Below are positions 55,698 through 63,760 of a DNA stretch of 64,000 nucleotides, piece after piece. Within the stretch, counting starts at the first letter, position 1. Each line of letters begins with the position of its first letter. The stretch is from Candidatus Acetothermia bacterium (GTDB lineage Bacteria; Bipolaricaulota; Bipolaricaulia; RBG-16-55-9; DRXL01). The DNA lies in contig JAJHSH010000067.1 of assembly GCA_022683945.1 (NCBI GenBank), forward strand, positions 2,085-66,084, given 5' to 3'. Both the position numbers and the translations under genes were made by a program. Under the pieces are notes generated by a model. The model was not told the DNA's origin and made no database searches. It saw nothing but the letters and a program-made list of their open reading frames with translations.

Positions 55698-56264
55698 TTA
55701 GCTCCTGACCAGTGCTTGGCGCAGCTGTTGGATGAACTTGGGATCGCCGACGGAGCGAACCCCGCGAAAGAGGATCTCTCCCTGAGGGCTTAAGAGCAGT
55801 ATCATGCCGCGCTCTCGCACCCGATAACGATGGGCCACGGGATTCATTCGCGAGTCAAGAACATAGCGAAAGTCGGGGTGGCCGTAGAGACGACGGTGCT
55901 CTCTTAAGTCTTCTACAGAATCATTGAATGGATCGAAGCTGATCCAGATGATCTGTAATTGGTCGCGGTATTTCTCGTAGAATTGTGCTAGGCTCCGAGT
56001 CTCAGGGCGACAGGTGATGCACCATGCAGCGGAGAAGTAGAGCAAGACGGGTTTGCCGCGTAGCGCACTCAGCTTTAACGTGCGACCTTCGGCATCGTTG
56101 AGCGAAAAATCCGGCGCGCTCTGGCCTATGGCCTCGGAAGACTCAGAAGACGAGAACGGGTTCCAAAGCAGCAGCAGCAGGGCGCCGCCCAGCGCCAGCG
56201 CAACGATGCCGGCGACCAGCAGCCCTTTGGAAGGCTTTGCTTGCGGTGGCTTGGCTTTGTTCAT
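55698..56264 (-). CDS. Thiol-disulfide oxidoreductase (TlpA/ResA-like thioredoxin)
   Basis: Start at Met 25 of the ORF-track call (MNKAKPP...TM anchor); WCITC active site. Confidence 0.8.
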   Translation of the reverse strand: MNKAKPPQAKPSKGLLVAGIVALALGGALLLLLWNPFSSSESSEAIGQSAPDFSLNDAEGRTLKLSALRGKPVLLYFSAAWCITCRPETRSLAQFYEKYRDQLQIIWISFDPFNDSVEDLREHRRLYGHPDFRYVLDSRMNPVAHRYRVRERGMILLLSPQGEILFRGVRSVGDPKFIQQLRQALVRS

Positions 56265-56379
56265 AGTTGGATGATTATAATAGACTCCTTGAGAGAGGAC
56301 AACTGCACAGCGCTCCGGCGGGTGACGGCTGAGCACCCGTTACCAAAGCCGGCGGGTTTACCGACTGTGCTACGCTGGA

Positions 56380-56561
56380 AGTCTGTTACGCTGAAAGGGA
56401 TCACGCCGGAGCTAGAGAAGAAAGAGATCGAAAATATCCCGTTGGGGCGCGTTGGACAACCCAAAGACGTTGCCGACGTGATTGTCTTTCTAGCTTCAGA
56501 GCAGGCACGCTGGGTGACGGGGCAGCTCATTTACGTCGGTGGTGGACACGTGATGCCGTAG
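56380..56561 (+). pseudogene. SDR (FabG-like) 3' gene fragment
   Basis: Translation ...TPELEKKEIENIPLGRVGQPKDVADVIVFLASEQARWVTGQLIYVGGGHVMP matches only the last about 55 aa of an SDR; no Rossmann/catalytic region upstream. Confidence 0.5.
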
Positions 56562-56610
56562 GCCGGTCGGCCCGCCCAGCGTCGGCTGGAAGCGGTGGTT
56601 AGCCAGCGAC

Positions 56611-57000
56611 TTACCAAGTGATGGTCTGGAGACCTGCAATGTCCTGGAAGTGGTCATCGCGCGTGGCAAGCGTGAGCTGATGTTGCTGTGCGAGCGCCGC
56701 AATCCAGATGTCGTTTTCCGGCAGTGGCCGTCCCTTCAAGCGCAGGAGGTTCTTGACCTCCCCGTAGTGGCGGGCGGTTTCGGTGTCGCAGACCAGCACT
56801 ACTCCGCTGGCGGCCAAGTCGTCAATGCGCGCCAGATTCTGGCTCGGTCGGCCCGACTTCCGCGCGCCATAGTACAACTCGCCCAGCACGATGCTGGGCA
56901 GAAACACCTCCGCCGCCTGGGCGAGTTGCTGCTTGACTTCGGCTTCGTCGGCAAACAGGGCGATGAGGATATTGGTGTCAAGCAAGTATCTACCATTCAT
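56611..57000 (-). CDS. vapC: PIN-domain toxin VapC
   Basis: Start at Met 11 of the ORF-track call (MNGRYLLDTNILIA); PIN acidic residues (D..N, E, D); 11-nt overlap with the upstream antitoxin gene. Confidence 0.8.
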   Translation of the reverse strand: MNGRYLLDTNILIALFADEAEVKQQLAQAAEVFLPSIVLGELYYGARKSGRPSQNLARIDDLAASGVVLVCDTETARHYGEVKNLLRLKGRPLPENDIWIAALAQQHQLTLATRDDHFQDIAGLQTITW

Positions 57001-57217
57001 GGGGATCGACCTGCTCACATCCTTGGTCAATAGCGTCGCGAATGAGAGTCACATCGTCCAGAGGGATGACACCGGCAAAGCGGAGGAGTTGCTGGCCGGG
57101 GACACCGTGGGGAGTCGATAGCGCTAAGGCACGAGTAAACTCGAGTACCCGCCATTGCAACTCGTGGGGCAGGGCTTTCAGTTGTTCAATGACCTTCTCG
57201 ATAATGGGCGTTTCCAT
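56990..57217 (-). CDS. VapB-type antitoxin (small helical protein)
   Basis: 75 aa ORF overlapping the vapC start; family not recognised. Confidence 0.5.
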   Translation of the reverse strand: METPIIEKVIEQLKALPHELQWRVLEFTRALALSTPHGVPGQQLLRFAGVIPLDDVTLIRDAIDQGCEQVDPHEW

Positions 57218-57341
57218 CGTGACCTCCTCTCCCTCCGAATCTTATCTCAGTTCCAGATCGCGTGTTTTGAGGCTGCCGAACCGCGCTGGCTAACGCTCAG
57301 CATCAGCGGCGGCGCGCAGCGCTATCCACTGCAACCGGTTG

Positions 57342-57827
57342 TTATGCGTCACTCTCAGGCGCCACCACCTTGCGATCCCACGAGCGATACTTCCACGGGA
57401 CAACCTCCTCGAGATAGGTAACACGAGGACTCGGCATGTTCCCAGGGCCGTCACCGATGTTCGCAAGGGACGGCAGCTTCTTCTTGAGTACAGCGTGGCG
57501 ATCCTCCGGAATGAATACCCAGGGTTGGACTTGCCAGGTTTCCGGCACACAGCAATCGCGAATAAGAGCTACCCGAAGGCCGGGCCAATTGTCGCTCCAA
57601 GCCTGAAGCCGCCCGATCAACGCGTGCAACGTACCAGAGTATGTAACCTCACATAGGTAAACCGCGCAGTCGCGAAAATTGGCTGCCACGACGTCGCAAT
57701 ACCAACTAGTGCCCTTGGCTGGTACATCACCGGGGGCAAGCTGCAGCAAGCACTCGGTATTCACGAACATTGCACGATCAGCGCGAAGATACTCGGAAAC
57801 CACTCCCTGAAAATAGTCCACCGTCAT
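57342..57827 (-). CDS. Cys-rich hypothetical protein
   Basis: 161 aa, 7 Cys and several Trp; no recognised domain. Driven by the consensus promoter at 57904-57932. Confidence 0.4.
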   Translation of the reverse strand: MTVDYFQGVVSEYLRADRAMFVNTECLLQLAPGDVPAKGTSWYCDVVAANFRDCAVYLCEVTYSGTLHALIGRLQAWSDNWPGLRVALIRDCCVPETWQVQPWVFIPEDRHAVLKKKLPSLANIGDGPGNMPSPRVTYLEEVVPWKYRSWDRKVVAPESDA

Positions 57828-57867
57828 CACCTCGGAGTTCGGCTTGCTGACGCATAACTATTGATTA

Positions 57868-57944
57868 GACGGCATTCTGCGGTCTCATCTCTTTTCGCCG
57901 GCAATTATAAACCCGACTCGGCTCGCTGTCAACATCTGTTGAAC
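57868..57944 (-). promoter_or_regulatory. Repeat copy A: consensus promoter TTGACA-N17-TATAAT (minus strand) with palindrome GTCAACA-TC-TGTTGAA over the -35
   Basis: Minus-strand -35 = reverse complement of 57927-57932, -10 = reverse complement of 57904-57909. About 85% identical over about 80 nt to 59204-59279. Confidence 0.6.
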
Positions 57945-57965
57945 TGTGTGCTTTAGAGCGCACTT

Positions 57966-58241
57966 TCACTTTACGTCTTCCAGTTTTGTGCCACGGCCCG
58001 CGCGAAGGCTCTGGCGCGCCCGCTCGATCCTTTGCAGGAATCGCGGATCGTTTTCCAGTCGGTAGTCGAACCAGTCGTCCTCCGACTCAAAGCCGATGAG
58101 CACTCCCGCGGGTCTGCCGTGGCGGGTGATCACGATCTCACCCTTTGCCGCCTCGCGGAGATACCGCGACAGCTCGTCCTTGACTTCCGCCAATGGGACT
58201 TCCTTCACTTTTCTTCTGACTTTCCGTGCTTCGCCAGCCAT
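57966..58241 (-). CDS. Phd/YefM-family antitoxin
   Basis: 91 aa; EVPLAEVKDELSRYLREAAKGEIVITRHGRPAGVLIGFESEDDW. Confidence 0.7.
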   Translation of the reverse strand: MAGEARKVRRKVKEVPLAEVKDELSRYLREAAKGEIVITRHGRPAGVLIGFESEDDWFDYRLENDPRFLQRIERARQSLRAGRGTKLEDVK

Positions 58242-58504
58242 GGTGCAGCCTCCGATTTCGGCACTATCGCCAACACCTCGACATTCTGCTCCCTTACGTC
58301 GTAGAACACTCGTACGTCGCCGATCCGAAGACGGTACTGCGGTTGCGAGAGCTTTCGGAGTCGCTTGATGCGGCTACGACTGAGCCTCTCGGGTTCGTGC
58401 CGAAGATGCGTTTCGATCCCTTCACGTACCTCGGTGCGGACATTGGCCTTCAGTTCGTCGAGATCCTCTATCGCCTCCGGGGCCAAAATGATCTCGTACG
58501 GCAT
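58205..58504 (-). CDS. RelE/ParE-family toxin
   Basis: 99 aa; ...YRLRIGDVRVFYDVREQNVEVLAIVPKSE; located upstream of the Phd gene with a 37-nt overlap. Confidence 0.7.
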   Translation of the reverse strand: MPYEIILAPEAIEDLDELKANVRTEVREGIETHLRHEPERLSRSRIKRLRKLSQPQYRLRIGDVRVFYDVREQNVEVLAIVPKSEAAPWLAKHGKSEEK

Positions 58505-58656
58505 TCTAGCCAGATTATAGCCAGAAAACCTAGCGCGCGCTAGTGCGCTCTAACGGTTTGCATCAGCCGCCCGCGAGCGGAGCGAGCGAAGCGGGTCGGC
58601 TGGACGCGGGGTTGGGCCGCCTTTCACTTGCAACGCTGACGCCTGCCACAATGGGT

Positions 58657-59181
58657 TTATGTCCCTACAATGGTTCGCGTATCTTGCCACCCATAGGCAA
58701 CTTCGACAAGTCGTTGGTTGCCGATTTCGATTCCCTTCTCTCGCAGGTACTTGCCGCCAAGTGCTTCGTAGAACTTGCGGAATGGATTTGCTGTCAAGAC
58801 CCAGATGAGCAATGAAGTAATGCCACGCTGCTGTAGTTCTTTTGTCGAAGCCCTGAAAAGCATGCTTCCGATGCCTTGGCGCTGATAGTTTTGAAGCAAA
58901 TAAAGCGCATAGATTTCGCCCTTGTAGGTGTCATCTCCCTCGCGTTCAGGGCCAGCGCATGCAAAGCCGACCACTTCGCGGTCAGGAGTTCCAGCAACAT
59001 AGAGGAAACTTTGACGGGTAGGCGATGAAAGCGTATTGTTCCACATCTCTGCGCGTTGTTCATATGACAGCGAAGCCAAGAACTCGCTTGAGACGATGTC
59101 CGCGTAAGTTGTTCGCCAGCTGTCAACGTGTACTTTGGCAATAGCGAGAGCGTCTTTGGCTTCAGCCTTGCGAATAAGCAT
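58657..59181 (-). CDS. GNAT-family N-acetyltransferase
   Basis: Start at Met 11 of the ORF-track call (MLIRKAEAKDA); acetyl-CoA motif QRQGIGSMLF. Confidence 0.8.
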   Translation of the reverse strand: MLIRKAEAKDALAIAKVHVDSWRTTYADIVSSEFLASLSYEQRAEMWNNTLSSPTRQSFLYVAGTPDREVVGFACAGPEREGDDTYKGEIYALYLLQNYQRQGIGSMLFRASTKELQQRGITSLLIWVLTANPFRKFYEALGGKYLREKGIEIGNQRLVEVAYGWQDTRTIVGT

Positions 59182-59203
59182 ATTTATTCGTGTTGTACAA
59201 TCA

Positions 59204-59279
59204 GACGGCATCTTGTAGTCTCATCTCTTTTCGCTGGCAATCATAAACCCGACTCGTCTCGGTGTCAACATCTGTTGAC
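59204..59279 (-). promoter_or_regulatory. Repeat copy B: TTGACA-N17-TATGAT promoter with perfect palindrome GTCAACA-TC-TGTTGAC
   Basis: Minus-strand -35 = reverse complement of 59263-59268, -10 = reverse complement of 59240-59245; palindrome at 59264-59279. Confidence 0.6.
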
Positions 59280-59347
59280 CGGTGCGCTATGGAACTCCGT
59301 TGGGTTCTTCCACTCTTGTTCTACCACAATGCACAACCTTTTTTATG

Positions 59348-60526
59348 TTACCTCGCTCTTAATCCCCGCCCTGCCGGAGACGACCGCTGCGCAGGATGCA
59401 ACGGGGTCGCACGATAGTCAAAATCCGGCACGATGACGCGGGGCAGTTTCTTGCCGATCAGGTTCTCGATGGCCCGCACGGTCCCCTCTTCTTCTGGAGA
59501 GACGAGAGTGAAAGCATCGCCGATGGCTTGCGCTCTGGCAGTACGCCCAATGCGATGAATGTAATCTTCAGGTGTGGCCGGCATATCGTAATTGATGACG
59601 TGTGAGATGCCCTCGACGTCCAGCCCACGAGCAGCAATATCCGTCGCCACTAAGATCTTGTAGCGCCCGGCACGAAACCCTTCCAGCGAATGAGAGCGCT
59701 GCCCTTGGCTGCGATCTCCGTGAATACGCGCGACCGAATGGCCATGCTGATGAAGCACGCGCGCGACCTTGTCGGCTCCATGTTTCGTTCTTGTGAAGAT
59801 CAGCACCGATGTCGTCAGCGTCGTCTGGAGAATTTTGAGGAGCAACTTAGTTTTGAGATGGCGCGGAACTTCGTAGAGAAACTGCGCTACGCCCTCTACA
59901 GGAGTAGCCCGCTTGTCGACCTCTACCAGTACAGGGGCGACGAGCGTCTGCCGCGCTAGGTGCTCGATCTCCACTGGAAGGGTAGCGGAAAAAAGCAGCG
60001 TCTGGCGCTTCCGCGGAAGCCTCGCCAAGATTCTCTTGATATCGGGCAGGAAGCCCATGTCCAGCATACGGTCGGCCTCATCGAGCACCAATATCTGCAA
60101 CTGATGGAATTTAACCGCGCCACGGTTGATATGATCGAGCAGACGCCCGGGAGTGGCTACGACGATATCCACGCCCTTGCGTAGGGCCTCGAGTTGCGGC
60201 CGCATCGCAACGCCGCCATAGAGCGCTGTGCAGCGCAGTGTCAAGAAGCGTGCGTAGTCGCGCACGTTGGTCTCTACTTGCGCGGCCAGTTCGCGTGTGG
60301 GCAGGAGGATGAGAGCGCGCAGGCCCGAACCCGTCTTGAGCTTCTCTAAGATGGGCAGAACGAAGGCTGCTGTCTTGCCGGTGCCGGTGCGCGCTGTACC
60401 CAGCAGATCTTTTCCAGCCAAGATAAGCGGGATCGCCTGAGATTGGATCGGAGTCGGTTCATGGTAGCCGACTGCGCGCACACCGCGGACGACATTATGA
60501 GAGAGACCTAATTGTGAAAAGGGCAT
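59348..60526 (-). CDS. DEAD-box ATP-dependent RNA helicase
   Basis: Q-motif/Walker A TGTGKT, DEAD (VLDEAD), SAT, HRIGRTAR; basic C-terminal tail. Confidence 0.9.
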   Translation of the reverse strand: MPFSQLGLSHNVVRGVRAVGYHEPTPIQSQAIPLILAGKDLLGTARTGTGKTAAFVLPILEKLKTGSGLRALILLPTRELAAQVETNVRDYARFLTLRCTALYGGVAMRPQLEALRKGVDIVVATPGRLLDHINRGAVKFHQLQILVLDEADRMLDMGFLPDIKRILARLPRKRQTLLFSATLPVEIEHLARQTLVAPVLVEVDKRATPVEGVAQFLYEVPRHLKTKLLLKILQTTLTTSVLIFTRTKHGADKVARVLHQHGHSVARIHGDRSQGQRSHSLEGFRAGRYKILVATDIAARGLDVEGISHVINYDMPATPEDYIHRIGRTARAQAIGDAFTLVSPEEEGTVRAIENLIGKKLPRVIVPDFDYRATPLHPAQRSSPAGRGLRAR

Positions 60527-60633
60527 GAACTATTCTAGCACAACGGAGCTATAAGCGCAATGCGAATCTTGTCTGATATAATAGCGCGCCCATCGTTATG
60601 TGAAAAGAGCGGTACGAAAGGAGATCAAAAATA

Positions 60634-61032
60634 ATGAAGATCGCCTATCGCCTCAACGTCCCTCTTGCTGCTCAGCAAGTCGCCGAGCTTTTTCGTGCTT
60701 CGGGCATTCGTCGCCCTGTGGACGATTTAGAGCGCATCCAGAAGATGACCAAGAACGCCAATCTAACATTGACGGCCTGGGAGGGCGAAAAATTGGTCGG
60801 TATCGCCCGTGCGCTGACAGATTTCAGTTATTGCTGCTATCTCTCCGATCTTGCTGTTCATCGAGATTATCAGCGTCGAGGGATCGGCAAAGAGTTAGTC
60901 CAGCGGATGCACGAGATATTAGGCGACGAAGTGATGATCTTATTGTTGGCTGCACCGGAAGCAATGGAGTACTATCCGAAGATCGGATTTGAAAAAGCCG
61001 AGAACGCCTGGAAGGTCCCGCGTAAGCGTTAG
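60634..61032 (+). CDS. GNAT-family N-acetyltransferase
   Basis: 132 aa; QRRGIGKELV motif A. Confidence 0.8.
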   Translation: MKIAYRLNVPLAAQQVAELFRASGIRRPVDDLERIQKMTKNANLTLTAWEGEKLVGIARALTDFSYCCYLSDLAVHRDYQRRGIGKELVQRMHEILGDEVMILLLAAPEAMEYYPKIGFEKAENAWKVPRKR

Positions 61033-61041
61033 GAAATCGCA

Positions 61042-61611
61042 TTGCGAAAACTCATTCTCGTCAAGCATTCATTGCCGAAGATTCTGCCCCGGGTGCCTGC
61101 CAGCCAATGGCATCTTTCAGCAGCAGGCCGTCTCCGATGTCGAGCTTTAGCGGACAGGCTTGCCGCTCATCATCCAGATGTCATCATCTCCAGCACGGAG
61201 CCAAAAGCCGTAGAGACCGCTCAGATCGTAGCTCGAACACTCAGCAAACCTTTTGAGATTGTCGAGGACTTACATGAGCACGACCGAAGCACAATCGGTC
61301 TATTGAGTAAAGAAGAATTTGAAAGAGCCGTCGCTCGTTTCTTTGATGTACCAGACAAACTCGTCTTCGGGACCGAGACGGCCAACCAAGCCTATCAGAG
61401 ATTTTCCAGAGCGCTTCTTAGTGCGCTAGAGAAATATCCGAAAGAGAATATTGCAGTGATCACACACGGAACCGTTATCACGCTCTTTGTGTCACGGGTT
61501 GCTGGGCTAGAGCCATCCTCTTTCTGGCAACGGCTTGGGCTGCCGTCATTTGCTGTTTTGTCTCTGCCCGAGTTACAAGTATTGGCTATCGTTGAAAACG
61601 TCGAGACATAA
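61042..61611 (+). CDS. Possible histidine-phosphatase-fold (SixA/PGAM-like) protein
   Basis: LILVKHS at the N-terminus where the family has RHG; overall length and pattern are SixA-like. Weak. Confidence 0.4.
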   Translation: MRKLILVKHSLPKILPRVPASQWHLSAAGRLRCRALADRLAAHHPDVIISSTEPKAVETAQIVARTLSKPFEIVEDLHEHDRSTIGLLSKEEFERAVARFFDVPDKLVFGTETANQAYQRFSRALLSALEKYPKENIAVITHGTVITLFVSRVAGLEPSSFWQRLGLPSFAVLSLPELQVLAIVENVET

Positions 61612-61761
61612 AATTCTGACACGGATCGCCGCGCTCGAATACAGAGATCATCACGGTGACGACAGCCGAAGAAGAGCTTCAACAGGTCTTTTCTGACGCG
61701 CACGCCGAGGTCCCAACAGTGCGCCAAGGGATGGGGCAAAGATCGGTGAGAGCTTTTCCAA

Positions 61762-62142
61762 CTATGGTAAACCAAGAGCTGCTTTCTCCACCTCAGCGAG
61801 GATTACAGCAAAATGAGGCTCTGTGCTCTCTATGACACCGGTAGAAATGTGCTTGTGATGAGGAAATGTGCTAACCTCTAGATGATGTGGAGCATTATCG
61901 TAACGAAAAATCAGCTGATTATTTGCGTCCATATAATGATAGCGATACTTCTCTCGTTCTAAACTCTGTTCTCTCTGACGAAGAAACTCAAAGAAAACCA
62001 GACGTGACCCATCTATCAAGAGAACCTCGCCCTCAATGTATCCTGTCGTTGGGCTGAGTTCAACAGTTTGAAAGCTATGAATGGCTACAGCGACGCAGTT
62101 TCGGAGAGCCGCGTCTATAGATGCAGCATAAGCCTTAAGCAT
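61762..62142 (-). CDS. Hypothetical protein (His-rich PHH/HHKH motifs)
   Basis: 126 aa; overlaps the upstream ORF by 8 nt, suggesting a two-gene module. Confidence 0.35.
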   Translation of the reverse strand: MLKAYAASIDAALRNCVAVAIHSFQTVELSPTTGYIEGEVLLIDGSRLVFFEFLRQREQSLEREKYRYHYMDANNQLIFRYDNAPHHLEVSTFPHHKHISTGVIESTEPHFAVILAEVEKAALGLP

Positions 62143-62428
62143 CGCCCGATTGCGCCAGCACTTCTCCCAAGCCTTGCCGAGTCGCCTGCCAATCTATTTG
62201 AGCTTGGGCTAGGGCATACCAGCGAAAGAAGTCTTGATCGTCTCCGATCTCTCCGGCCTCGAACTTGCGCAAGAATTCTTCTGTTGACCAGCCGTACTGG
62301 GCTTCAAAAACTTTGCATTGCTCGGTCAATCGTGCTAACGCTGCCTCGGACAACTTCCGCTCGCGCTCTAGAGAACGGACGACTTCAGATTTGAACTGCA
62401 TCGTTCCTCCTGAGGATATTATACTCAA
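62135..62428 (-). CDS. Hypothetical small helical protein
   Basis: 97 aa, charged helical; upstream partner of 61762-62142. Confidence 0.35.
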   Translation of the reverse strand: MSIISSGGTMQFKSEVVRSLERERKLSEAALARLTEQCKVFEAQYGWSTEEFLRKFEAGEIGDDQDFFRWYALAQAQIDWQATRQGLGEVLAQSGDA

Positions 62429-62638
62429 GTCTTTCTATCGCGCAAAAAAGTGGCCCAAAGAGTAGGCCAAGGGCTGGAGCAAAGAACAGTAAGAGAAGAT
62501 GCTAGCGTGCAATTTGCCATCCGGGAACCGCTGTGGTATAATACCGCTCCCGTCATATCGCGGGTAAGCGGGGGCTGGCCGTAAAGTTCTCATTCTGATA
62601 AATATCTTTTGCAGAGGTAGCATCTCCTTTGACATGCA

Positions 62639-62667
62639 TACTTTTATATGCTATACTGCCGACTGTC
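62639..62667 (+). promoter_or_regulatory. Candidate promoter TTGACA-N17-TATACT with palindrome GCATACTTTTATATGC
   Basis: TTGACA 62639-62644, TATACT 62662-62667. Shares the 11-mer TATGCTATACT with the lexA promoter. Confidence 0.4.
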
Positions 62668-62743
62668 GTCTATGCTACGTTCTTCTATATAGACAATAGA
62701 AGAAGAGACAGGTAGCTAAGCCATCTTCCAAAGGAGTCTAGCG

Positions 62744-63760
62744 ATGAGTCAAAGATTCGCGATCCAGACAGAAGGCTTGGGGCGCGTCTATCAGCTCAAG
62801 CGCAAGCGCGGCGAGACCGCCCCCAAAACGCTCGTTGCTTTAGAGGGCGTTGACTCAGAAGTGAAACAGGGTGAGCTTTTCGGATTGCTCGGCCCCAACG
62901 GCGCGGGCAAGACCACACTGATCAAGATACTCACAACGCTCTTGTTGCCGACCAGTGGGCGCGCGCTCGTTGACGGTATTGATATTGTCCAAGACCCGCA
63001 AGAGGTGCGCCGACGGATCAATATGGTCTCCGGCGGCGAAACCTGCGGATATGGGCTGCTTACGGTCGAAGAGAATCTGTGGATGTTCACGCAGTTTTAT
63101 GGGCTGACCGACAGAGTCGCCCGCGAGCGCATCAACGAGATGCTGGAGGTCGTGGGGTTGTCAGATCGCCGCAAGACGAAGAGCCATTTTCTCTCTACGG
63201 GGATGAAGCAGAAGATGAACTTCGCGCGCGGCTTCTTGAACGATCCCCAGATTTTGTTCTTAGACGAACCGACGTTGGGACTTGACGTGCAGACCTCAAG
63301 AGTCTTGCGCGACTTCGTCAAGCGCTGGGTGCGCGAGCGCCCCGGCAAGACGCTCCTGCTGACGACGCACTATATGGCCGAAGCCGACGAACTCTGCGAC
63401 CGAGTCGCTATTATAGATAAAGGCAAGATTCTCGCGTGCGATACGCCCGCCAACTTAAAGCGTCGTCTGCAGAGAGCTTCGATCTTTAAGCTCCAGACAA
63501 CGCCGCTGGAGATGTCCAATCGTTTTAGCGACTTGCCGGGGGTCAGCAAATTCATCGAGCATCAGCGCAACGGACATACCGAACTGAACTTCATTCTGGA
63601 GAACGAGAACGTTTTGGTGAAGATCCTGGATGCTGTCCAAGCTGGGGGTGGGCATCTGCTCTCGTTGGAGAAGCGCGAGCCAACTTTAGAAGATGTCTTC
63701 ATTGATCTGGTGGGGCGCGGCTTCGGTGACGAAGAGACCCCCCTTGAGGTCGAGAAGTGA
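62744..63760 (+). CDS. ABC transporter ATP-binding protein (ABC-2/DrrA-type)
   Basis: Walker A GPNGAGKTT, signature STGMKQKMNFARG, Walker B LFLDEPTLGLD. Confidence 0.9.
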   Translation: MSQRFAIQTEGLGRVYQLKRKRGETAPKTLVALEGVDSEVKQGELFGLLGPNGAGKTTLIKILTTLLLPTSGRALVDGIDIVQDPQEVRRRINMVSGGETCGYGLLTVEENLWMFTQFYGLTDRVARERINEMLEVVGLSDRRKTKSHFLSTGMKQKMNFARGFLNDPQILFLDEPTLGLDVQTSRVLRDFVKRWVRERPGKTLLLTTHYMAEADELCDRVAIIDKGKILACDTPANLKRRLQRASIFKLQTTPLEMSNRFSDLPGVSKFIEHQRNGHTELNFILENENVLVKILDAVQAGGGHLLSLEKREPTLEDVFIDLVGRGFGDEETPLEVEK

